From Candidatus Scalinduaceae bacterium (GTDB taxonomy: Bacteria; Planctomycetota; Brocadiia; Brocadiales; Scalinduaceae), in NCBI GenBank assembly GCA_046759445.1, contig JBHICG010000013.1, forward strand, positions 1 to 63,034: a DNA stretch of 63,034 nucleotides, given 5' to 3'. The translations under genes were made by a program, and so were the position numbers. This document shows, in pieces, positions 49,129 to 57,184 of the stretch (its first letter is position 1; every line of letters starts with the position of its first letter). Below the pieces are notes generated by a model, which did no database searches, was not told the origin of the DNA, and saw nothing but the letters and a program-made list of their open reading frames with translations.

Positions 49129-49238
49129 ACATGTCCAAAAATGGCGTGAAGCAACGACATGCCCGCCTGCCATTAAGTCGGGCAGGGATGTCGTTGTAGC
49201 CATTTTGAAAGAGTTGCGTATGATGCGCTCAACTCGAT

Positions 49239-49481
49239 TTAACAACATTTCTTATTTATCTGAATAGGCGGACATGGAACAGAACCGTATGAACAGAATA
49301 CACAACAATCACCTTCTTTTGGTTTTAATAATGCTTTACAATTTGTACATTCATAAAAAAATCTACACGAAGCTGTTGGCATGGTTTCTTTCTTCGCAAA
49401 ACTACATTCTGGACATGTAATAACTGATTCTAAGATTAAGTTTGACATTATCTTCCTCTTTTTAAAACCGTTATCAATCAT
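49239..49481 (-). CDS. GDCCVxC domain protein (probable start ATG 49448)
   Basis: ITCPEC..ETMP..C.FFYEC..C..LLKPKEGDCCVFCSYGSVPCPP. Confidence 0.92.
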   Translation of the reverse strand: MIDNGFKKRKIMSNLILESVITCPECSFAKKETMPTASCRFFYECTNCKALLKPKEGDCCVFCSYGSVPCPPIQINKKCC

Positions 49482-49581
49482 CCTCTGAAAAGAAAAATTA
49501 TTCAGAAGTTATTGAAGTTTGTAACCAATATCTTCTATAGCAGTTAAAAGCCTATTCTTTAAGCAATTATGGATAATAAAT

Positions 49582-49992
49582 TTACTTCCTAGTTTTCTTC
49601 TGAGTCAAACTCTCGATGATTGGACACCCGGAGATTTTTCTTTTGCCAAGACACTTTTTAACCAAATCATTCAAGACCATTTTTATTTTTTGAAGGTCAC
49701 GGATACGGGTTTCAATGTCCTTAACCTTATCCTCTGCAAATTTGCGGATGTCCTTACAAGCAGAATTCCCATCTGCCACAGCAAGAAGTTCACAGATTTC
49801 TTTTAGTGTAAAACCCAAGGCTTGTGCCCTTTTTATAAAAAGTATTCGATCAATGTATTTAGGTGGAAATTCTCTATATCCTGATTCTCGTCTGGGTGGT
49901 TCAAGAATCAATCCACGCCGTTCGTAATAACGTATGGTTTCAATATTAATTCCGGTTTCTTTGGCTAATTGTCCTATAGTTAGATTCTTCAT
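49582..49992 (-). CDS. merR: Hg(II)-type MerR-family regulator
   Basis: TIGQLAK..IETIRYYERRGL, FIKRAQALGFTL. Three Cys (ACKD, KKCL, GCPII) positioned like the Hg-binding triad. Confidence 0.85.
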   Translation of the reverse strand: MKNLTIGQLAKETGINIETIRYYERRGLILEPPRRESGYREFPPKYIDRILFIKRAQALGFTLKEICELLAVADGNSACKDIRKFAEDKVKDIETRIRDLQKIKMVLNDLVKKCLGKRKISGCPIIESLTQKKTRK

Positions 49993-50007
49993 TTCTTTCT
50001 GTTAATA

Positions 50008-50039
50008 ATTATAAACCTTGTACTATAGTACAGAGTCAA
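50008..50039 (-). promoter_or_regulatory. MerR-type promoter/operator
   Basis: -35 TTGACT (50039-50034), 20-bp spacer containing the perfect dyad TGTACTATAGTACA (50019-50032), -10 TATAAT (50013-50008). Confidence 0.9.
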
Positions 50040-50131
50040 GTCTTTTTTTACATTGGTATTATAAAATACAAATAAGGACACAATTTCTTAGCTATGCTAC
50101 TTTTCTATTTCATATCTTTTGATACGAAAAC

Positions 50132-50313
50132 AGATTCCCGATCAGGGTTGGGAATGACAGATAATACAACACATTGTCATTCCCGAGGCATTGCCCGCCT
50201 GGCAAGCCCCGTAGAATATATAATTATATGCATAGATTATACAAGTTTTCTTATCTGAATAATTTTCACTCCAAAATAGTATTATTCAACGGGGCAAGCA
50301 AACAGGGAATCTG
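50132..50313. repeat. GTCATTCC REP pair with nested CCCCGT mini-MITE (50202-50299)
   Basis: AGATTCCCGATCAGGGTTGGGAATGACA; TGTCATTCCCGAGG-[...GCAAGCCCCGTAGAAT...TTATTCAACGGGGCAAGC]-AAACAGGGAATCT. Confidence 0.75.
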
Positions 50314-50474
50314 GATTTTTCATAATTCATTGCGAGTAATCCAATCCCATCTACGAGGTGGGCAGGTTGTTACACATTCTTGATTTTTTTAATATAGCTG
50401 TACCAAAGAACTTAATATATAATAGCAGTTAGTTTTTTTCACACATCTTATACATTAATAATTTTTACAAAACT

Positions 50475-50810
50475 ATGTTAACAACTAAATCAATTATACT
50501 ATTCATACTCGCTGGATTATGCGAGATAGGGGGTGGTTACCTCGTATGGCTCTGGCTTCGGGAAGGCAAGAGTTTTTTAATTGCTATATTGGGAGGGGTA
50601 GTTTTAGTACTTTATGGAATAATTCCTACTTTTCAACCTGCTCACTTCGGCAGAGTTTATGCAGCATACGGTGGGGTATTTGTAATTATGTCAATTTTGT
50701 GGGGGTGGAAGATAGACAAAATAAATCCTGATAAATATGACATCATTGGCGGCATAATATGTCTTGTCGGTATATTTGTGATAATGTACTGGCCAAGGGA
50801 TATAGGATAA
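50475..50810 (+). CDS. ynfA: YnfA/UPF0060 SMR-like membrane protein
   Basis: [29 protein letters not shown]. Confidence 0.92.
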   Translation: MLTTKSIILFILAGLCEIGGGYLVWLWLREGKSFLIAILGGVVLVLYGIIPTFQPAHFGRVYAAYGGVFVIMSILWGWKIDKINPDKYDIIGGIICLVGIFVIMYWPRDIG

Positions 50811-50943
50811 AAGCAAATGAATTTTTTCGTTTATAATCTGGAGACATTATTATTTAAGGTGATTGTAAAAGATCGATGCAAAAAATATGAAATTTTTACG
50901 AATACTTTATAAATACCATTTTAATTTTTAAGATTGTCTAAAA

Positions 50944-51017
50944 TGGCTGGGGTACCAGGATTCGAACCTGGACTAAATGATCCAGAGTCACTCGTGCTAC
51001 CGTTACACTATACCCCA
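50944..51017 (-). tRNA. tRNA-Gln(CUG)
   Basis: TGGGGTATAGTGTAACGGTAGCACGAGTGACTCTGGATCATTTAGTCCAGGTTCGAATCCTGGTACCCCAGCCA. Anticodon CTG, T-loop GTTCGAATC, encoded CCA. Confidence 0.95.
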
Positions 51018-51088
51018 TCAATTTAATATTTTATTTCACATTGATTTTATATCAACATAAAATTTATCATGGAAGAAGCAAATGGAGA

Positions 51089-51853
51089 CTATGAAGGTTT
51101 CTTGCCTATATGTATCGTAACTATACCTAATGTCTTTTCAAAAATCTTAATATCTCTTAAACCACATTCCTCCATTTTTTTTTTCAAGCCTAATTTATCT
51201 GGAAAAACAATGACCGAATGCGGTAAGTAGGAATATGCATCAAACTTGCACCGTAGCGGCACGCTGCTTCGAGATATTAACCTTCCAATTATCGGTAATA
51301 TCTTGGTAAAGTAGAAAAAGTAAATATGTTTAAAAAGGAAATTTGTTGGCTGTGAAAATTCAAGTATGACAACCTTGCCATCTGGTTTAACCACTCTTCC
51401 CATCTCCCTGATACCTGCTTCCAAATCTGCAACGTTTCTTATACCAAAGGCGACAGTAGATATCTCGAATGAATCGTCACGGAATGGCAGTTTTAATGTA
51501 TCAGCCTCTATTAACTTAATCTTATCTTCAAGATGCCTCTTTTTAATCTTTGGCAGTCCATACCTTAGCATATCATGGCAATAATCACTTCCTACTACCA
51601 TACCTTTCCCATTTAATAGCTTTGAATAAGAAATGGCAAGGTCTCCTGTCCCCGTACAAACATCAAGAACCTTTGTATTTGGCTTTATGCCACTTACTTT
51701 TGTTGCAAATTCTCTCCATGACTTGTCAAAGTTAAGACTTAGGAGTGAATTCAAGAAATCATATACCCTGACAATCGAGGCAAACATGGTTCTTATGTTT
51801 TCCGCTCTTTTTTTTAAAATCTCCTCTTGCGTTACTCTATTCTTAGAATTCAT
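51089..51853 (-). CDS. menG: Demethylmenaquinone methyltransferase
   Basis: YDFLNSLLS, LDVCTGTGD, AFGIRNV, ILEFSQP, AYSYLP. Confidence 0.92.
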   Translation of the reverse strand: MNSKNRVTQEEILKKRAENIRTMFASIVRVYDFLNSLLSLNFDKSWREFATKVSGIKPNTKVLDVCTGTGDLAISYSKLLNGKGMVVGSDYCHDMLRYGLPKIKKRHLEDKIKLIEADTLKLPFRDDSFEISTVAFGIRNVADLEAGIREMGRVVKPDGKVVILEFSQPTNFLFKHIYFFYFTKILPIIGRLISRSSVPLRCKFDAYSYLPHSVIVFPDKLGLKKKMEECGLRDIKIFEKTLGIVTIHIGKKPS

Positions 51854-52680
51854 TGGATATCTTGAGAAAGATTGCCACCAAGGACTTCATTCATGCTTCC
51901 ACTACGAAATCCTGCTAAATCTACCGTAACATAAATAAAACCTATTTCCTTGAACTTGTTTATTAATTCTCCCCTTATCGAAGGTTTAAGAACAAAATGC
52001 ATATCTTCGGGCAAGACCTCAATCCTCGCTATTGTTTCATGATGTCTCACTCTAAATTGTTTTAGACCTAAGCTCCTTAAATATTCTTCTGCCGCTGAAA
52101 CCATCTTAAGTTTCTCCATGGTAATTGACTGTCCATACGGAAATCTAGAAGACATACAGGCATATGCAGGTTTATCCCAAGTAGGGAGATTTAACATTTT
52201 TGAGGCCTCACGTACATCATTTTTTGTCATCCCTGCTTCTTTAAGTGGGCTCCTAACCTTCAGTTTTTTCGAGGCCTCCAACCCTGGTCTGTAATCCTCC
52301 ATATCATCTAAATTTGCGCCGTCTGCAACATGCAAGAATCCATGTTGTTTTGCAATATCTTTTAGTTTCTCAAAGAGTTCTGTCTTACAATAATAACATC
52401 TATTCGGTGGGTTACTCGCAAATCCTTCAATTGCGAGCTCACTCGTGTTAATCACCAAATGATTTATGCCTATCTCCTTAGCCAGCTTTTTGGATTCTTC
52501 GAATTCAAAATCAGGATAAGTTTCCGACCTTGCTGTAACAGCCAGAGAGTTGTCTTTAAGAACCTCGTAACATACTTTAGCAACAAGTGTACTGTCAACG
52601 CCGCCAGAAAACGCAACGACAACACTTTTCATGTCTTTTACAATTTCCCTTACTTTAGACAACTTTTCTTCTATCTTCAA
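51850..52680 (-). CDS. larE: LarE-family ATP-dependent sulfur transferase
   Basis: AFSGGVDS PP-loop, NRCYYCK, DYRPG, KPAYACMSSRF, RVRHH, GFRSGSMN. Confidence 0.9.
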   Translation of the reverse strand: MKIEEKLSKVREIVKDMKSVVVAFSGGVDSTLVAKVCYEVLKDNSLAVTARSETYPDFEFEESKKLAKEIGINHLVINTSELAIEGFASNPPNRCYYCKTELFEKLKDIAKQHGFLHVADGANLDDMEDYRPGLEASKKLKVRSPLKEAGMTKNDVREASKMLNLPTWDKPAYACMSSRFPYGQSITMEKLKMVSAAEEYLRSLGLKQFRVRHHETIARIEVLPEDMHFVLKPSIRGELINKFKEIGFIYVTVDLAGFRSGSMNEVLGGNLSQDIQ

Positions 52681-52702
52681 AACGTTTTTTTCAAATAATC
52701 TG

Positions 52703-53878
52703 TTATTTTGTTCCTAAAACATTGTAAGCTACAACTGGGTTATGGAGTCCTTTAAGATTTATATTCTGAATTTTCTCCATTTTAAATACATTTTTTGCCA
52801 TGCTGTATGTTCTTTGACTAATAAGGATCTGATCATTCTTTGCCTCAGATTGTAATCTTTGTGCCAGATTCACATGATTCCCGATTACGGTATATTCCAT
52901 TCTTTCCTCTGAACCTATATTTCCAACCGTTACATAGCCAGTGCTTATTCCGATACTTATACTTAAATTGCAACCTATATCTTCCCATTTTGGTTGTAAT
53001 GTATTTACTAAACTCTTCATTTCAATTGCCGTTCTTATAGCCTTTTCAGCATGGTCTTTAATCTCCAAAGGATCTCCAAAAAAAGCCAAAATTCCATCTC
53101 CCATAAACTTATCAATCATTCCTCCGTACTTAAATATCAACCTTGTCATTTTAGAAAAATACTCATTTAAGAGGCTTATTGTATCCTCAGGCTCTAAATT
53201 CTCCGTCATGGAGGTAAATCCTCTTATATCTGAGAAAAATATTGTTAGAAGCTTTCTTGAATTTTCTAAACATATTTCGTTACCTTTAGAAATTACGGCA
53301 TCAACAATTTGAGGAGAAAAATATCTTTTCAATCTATTAATTCTTTGGATTTCATCTACTTGATTTTTAACTTTTTCTTCCAGGTTCCTATTAAGTTCGT
53401 CTATTTCTTCGTTTCTTTTAGTAAGTTCTTCATTAAATCTTATGTTTTCTATAATATTTTTATGAGCCTCCACTGCACTTGCCACTGTATCCAGTAATTG
53501 ATCAGGATCGCTCCCCTTTATTACATAGGCATGCGGTCTGAATTGCCTTCTTATATCCTTTCTATCCTCCTTTTTGGCAAAGGCAGTGTGAAAAATTATA
53601 GGTACATAAGGGTTTTTAGCCTTGATCTTCTCAAATATTTGAAACCCTGTCAAATCCGGCATATTAATGTCTAATATCACAGCGTTAATATTCTTGTTTA
53701 ATTTGTCTATCGCCTCCTTCCCCGTTGAACATAATTTAACTTGATACCCTTCATCTTCAAGTATAAATCCTAATGTTCTAAGAACAGAATCTTCATCATC
53801 TACCACCATAACTATTGGCTTGGCTTGTTCATGGAAACCAGTATTTTTATTACTTTTGTAATTGTTTAAGTCGTTCAC
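52703..53878 (-). CDS. Receiver plus class III adenylate cyclase
   Basis: REC (VVDD, LDINMP), coiled coil, FSDIRGFT, DKFMGDG, YTVIGNHVNLAQRL (Lys/Thr ATP-specifying pair). Confidence 0.93.
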   Translation of the reverse strand: MNDLNNYKSNKNTGFHEQAKPIVMVVDDEDSVLRTLGFILEDEGYQVKLCSTGKEAIDKLNKNINAVILDINMPDLTGFQIFEKIKAKNPYVPIIFHTAFAKKEDRKDIRRQFRPHAYVIKGSDPDQLLDTVASAVEAHKNIIENIRFNEELTKRNEEIDELNRNLEEKVKNQVDEIQRINRLKRYFSPQIVDAVISKGNEICLENSRKLLTIFFSDIRGFTSMTENLEPEDTISLLNEYFSKMTRLIFKYGGMIDKFMGDGILAFFGDPLEIKDHAEKAIRTAIEMKSLVNTLQPKWEDIGCNLSISIGISTGYVTVGNIGSEERMEYTVIGNHVNLAQRLQSEAKNDQILISQRTYSMAKNVFKMEKIQNINLKGLHNPVVAYNVLGTK

Positions 53879-53889
53879 TCTCTTTTTTC

Positions 53890-54618
53890 CTACTTTTTTA
53901 TTGCCTTAGTTACCAGCCATAATAATTCAATCATATCAAAAGGTTTGGGTATACATGCAAAGGCTCCTTGAGATAAAGCTTTATCAACAAAACCCTCTAT
54001 ATCGTGACCCGTCATCATTATTACGTGTGCTTTGGGGTCAGCTTTTTTGATCTCTTCAAAAGCCTTAAATCCATCTATCCCTGGCATTACTACATCTATA
54101 AACATAACATCAAAATGTTTTTGCTTAGCTACTTCTATAGCTTTAAGTCCGTCCTCTGCAACAACAACCTTGTATCCCTTGTCTTCTAACACCCCTTTTA
54201 ACGTTTCTCGTGTAGTAGATTCATCGTCTACCACAAGGATGATACCCTGTCCCATGTCTTCATTTATAAGTCTCAAGACTAACTCCATATCCAAAGGTTT
54301 GTAAAGTACTGTTTGTACTCCCAGCTTTACGGCTTCTTTCAATTGGTCTTCGGCAAAAAAAGCTGTCATAACAAATACTACAGTGTCAGGGCTAATTTTC
54401 TTGATCTCCTTAAAAGTCTCTACACCATTAATTCCAGGCATTTTCATATCAATAAAGGCAATCGCAAAATTTGTTTTTTTTACTGCTTCTATTCCTTTAT
54501 AACCATCCTCCGCCATAACAACATTATATCCCTCATCCTCCAAGACTCCAGCTAAAGTCATTCTCATCCCCGGTTCATCATCAATAACTAGTATATTAAC
54601 TCGCTCTTGCATTTTCAT
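53890..54618 (-). CDS. Tandem receiver (REC-REC) response regulator
   Basis: Two REC domains (IDMKMPG..KP; IDVVMPG..KP), no output domain. Confidence 0.92.
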   Translation of the reverse strand: MKMQERVNILVIDDEPGMRMTLAGVLEDEGYNVVMAEDGYKGIEAVKKTNFAIAFIDMKMPGINGVETFKEIKKISPDTVVFVMTAFFAEDQLKEAVKLGVQTVLYKPLDMELVLRLINEDMGQGIILVVDDESTTRETLKGVLEDKGYKVVVAEDGLKAIEVAKQKHFDVMFIDVVMPGIDGFKAFEEIKKADPKAHVIMMTGHDIEGFVDKALSQGAFACIPKPFDMIELLWLVTKAIKK

Positions 54619-56218
54619 CTCCTAACGGTATCCTTATGAACATGTTTGTGCCTTTACCTTTACAACTTTCTACATCGATTGTTCCTTCATGTTTTTGAAT
54701 GATTCCATGACATATTGCCAAACCCATTCCTATTCCGTTAGTTTTTGTAGTAAACAGTGGATCAAATATCTTCTTAATTTTTTTTTCAGAAATACCACAC
54801 CCCGAATCAGCAAATTCTATTTCTGCTAGACCATTTGACTCTTTTGTACTAATTTTCAATTCGCCACCATCATGCATAGCCTGACATGCATTATCGATCA
54901 TATTAATAAATACTTGACCTATTTGATTCTCATCCATCATTACCTTTGGTAAATCCGGTTGGAAGTTTTTATACACTTTTACGTTATTTACTATTTTTAC
55001 TCTGGAAAGAGCTTCATCAATTACCTTTGCAATATCACAAGGAATCCTTTTTGGTTTAGCGACTCTGGCAAACCCTAAAAGGTCATTGATAATTTTATTA
55101 CTCCTATCTATTTCTTTATCCATAATATCGAGAAATTGTATGATTTTTTCATCAATATCTGGTAATTCTTTCTTTGATAATTTTCTCTTCAAAAAGAAAA
55201 CGGCATTCTTTATGGAACCTAATGGATTTCTTAGCTCATGGCTCACTCCTGAAGCCAATTTGCCTATGGCTGCCAATTTCTCAGTTCTTATCAATCTTTC
55301 TTGTGCTTCCTCAAGTTCTTCATTTGTGCGAACCAACTCATCATTGGCTGACATTAGCTTCTTATTTAAATCTTTAAGATCAACCATAATATTTTCTTTT
55401 TCATCCATGAGTTGCTTTAAACTTTTTGTCATTTGATTAAATCGTGAAGCAAGCATTCCTATTTCATCTCCTGAACTTATTTTAACTGTTTGTTCTAAAT
55501 CTCCAGATGCTATTCTATCAGTCATTTTTACAAGACCCTCAACAGGTTTTACAACACTTCTTGCTATAAAATATGAAACTCCTATACCTACTAACACAAT
55601 TACAAACCCCAATGGTATACTACTAGTCCACAAGAATTTCTGCATTTTTTTATTAACTCTTTCGGGCGTCAAACCAATCTGAACGATACCCAGGAATCTT
55701 TTCCCTTTCTGGTCATAACCCTCACCTGAACCAAACACTTGTGCTGCAAATTCTTCTTCACTTATTGTACTTTTTTCATAGACAGGAGCTACAAAATCAT
55801 AGAATTGCTCACCACTATCTGTAATGAGGACATCAAAAACAGGTTCATTTATATCCTCAATATTGTTATATACTGGTATATGGTCTATTTCTGTCTTGAT
55901 CCATGATTCCTTCTCTTCAAGCAAGATATTATCTGGGACTAATACTACACGCCAATAAGCCAAAACCATTTCCCTATCGATATTACGAAGTCTCATCATT
56001 GGTTCTTCAAAAAATGCCTTCTGTGCAACTCTCAACGAATCCTTAACTTCTCCATCCTGCGCAAGTTGAGCTAAAAAAGAATAACCACTCTTCACTAGTT
56101 CCTCCTCTAGTTGTTTCTTAGCTCTAGTGGAAAAATACCAACTATTAGCCGCACCAATAGAGGTAATTAACAAACTAGTAAACAAAACAAATTTGAATCT
56201 TATGCCAATTCTCTTCAT
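54596..56218 (-). CDS. Membrane sensor histidine kinase (periplasmic, HAMP, HisKA, HATPase)
   Basis: 2 TM, DEIGMLA (HAMP), SHELRNPL, NMIDNA, DSGCG, PLFTTK, GMGL. Confidence 0.95.
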   Translation of the reverse strand: MKRIGIRFKFVLFTSLLITSIGAANSWYFSTRAKKQLEEELVKSGYSFLAQLAQDGEVKDSLRVAQKAFFEEPMMRLRNIDREMVLAYWRVVLVPDNILLEEKESWIKTEIDHIPVYNNIEDINEPVFDVLITDSGEQFYDFVAPVYEKSTISEEEFAAQVFGSGEGYDQKGKRFLGIVQIGLTPERVNKKMQKFLWTSSIPLGFVIVLVGIGVSYFIARSVVKPVEGLVKMTDRIASGDLEQTVKISSGDEIGMLASRFNQMTKSLKQLMDEKENIMVDLKDLNKKLMSANDELVRTNEELEEAQERLIRTEKLAAIGKLASGVSHELRNPLGSIKNAVFFLKRKLSKKELPDIDEKIIQFLDIMDKEIDRSNKIINDLLGFARVAKPKRIPCDIAKVIDEALSRVKIVNNVKVYKNFQPDLPKVMMDENQIGQVFINMIDNACQAMHDGGELKISTKESNGLAEIEFADSGCGISEKKIKKIFDPLFTTKTNGIGMGLAICHGIIQKHEGTIDVESCKGKGTNMFIRIPLGDENARAS

Positions 56219-56242
56219 TCGATATTTCCAATTTTTGAAAAT

Positions 56243-57181
56243 TTATGGATATACAATTACATGTGGTTTTCCCCGGACTGGTTTTAGTTCTAATCCAAGC
56301 TTTTTTGCCGTGTTAGAATTTATTGATAATTTAAATTCATCAGGGAATACTATTCCGAGTGAACCTGCAGGAGACACAGTTAGTAGTTTCTTGGCTAGTT
56401 GAGCTGCTTGCTTTCCAATACTTTTGTAATCTGAAAATACTGCAGCTAATGCGCCTGCCTTCACAAAGGCATCTGTTGTGCACAACAAAGGGGTATTGTT
56501 TTTGAGTGTAGTGTATTTTATAAGATCAAAAGATTTCTTGGTTACTACCGTACTATCAGGTAGAATCCATATGGCATCAACCTTGCCAATTAAGCTATCT
56601 AAAGCCTTAGACACCATTTTTGAGGATTTAATCTTATATTTAACTAAATTCACGCCGAGTCCTTTCATCTTCAATTCTGCACTTTCAACAATATTACCAG
56701 TTTTAGAAGGATCATAAATTACGCCTATGTCCTGTAGTGAATTCAATAGGTCCTTGTATCCCTCCAATTGTTTTTCGATGGCAATTTCAGTAGTAATACC
56801 TGTTATATTAAGCCCTGCAAGTTTAAATCTTCCTTGATTAATTACCATACAGAAAATTATAGGAATATCTTTAATCTCCTCCTTTACTATAGTTGTAGCC
56901 AGGATGCCAATTGTTAATATAATATCTGGTTCATCTTTCTTAATCTCGCGTAATATCTTATAGCCTATCTTCATCTTACCTTTCATATCATAAATGTACT
57001 TTATACTGATATTATTTTTAATACATTCGCTTTTAAAACCATCTATAGCCTCATTATAGGCAGAAATGTCTTGGCTCTTAATCACAACTGCCGCCTTCTC
57101 TCCATAAGCACAATATATACCCTGAAATAGTATTAGAAAAATAAAGATGAAAACAGAACATATACAGGTTTTATTTATCAT
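56243..57181 (-). CDS. Periplasmic ABC substrate-binding-like protein
   Basis: Signal peptide. IPIIFCMV, IGVIYDP, DAIWILPD, IGKQAA, IN..TAKKLG. Confidence 0.85.
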   Translation of the reverse strand: MINKTCICSVFIFIFLILFQGIYCAYGEKAAVVIKSQDISAYNEAIDGFKSECIKNNISIKYIYDMKGKMKIGYKILREIKKDEPDIILTIGILATTIVKEEIKDIPIIFCMVINQGRFKLAGLNITGITTEIAIEKQLEGYKDLLNSLQDIGVIYDPSKTGNIVESAELKMKGLGVNLVKYKIKSSKMVSKALDSLIGKVDAIWILPDSTVVTKKSFDLIKYTTLKNNTPLLCTTDAFVKAGALAAVFSDYKSIGKQAAQLAKKLLTVSPAGSLGIVFPDEFKLSINSNTAKKLGLELKPVRGKPHVIVYP

Positions 57182-57184
57182 CGA

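Noticed and set aside
49007..50383. ORFs 49007-49267 and 50174-50383
   Set aside because: They read through MITE/REP DNA, with no protein-like features or RBS.
47440..51017. Metal cluster as an island integrated at the tRNA-Gln 3' end
   Set aside because: No duplicate of the tRNA 3' end and no integrase found; position alone is insufficient.
51850..52680. larE without larA/B/C as a novel pathway
   Set aside because: Dispersed larE homologues are common; the partners may lie elsewhere in the genome.
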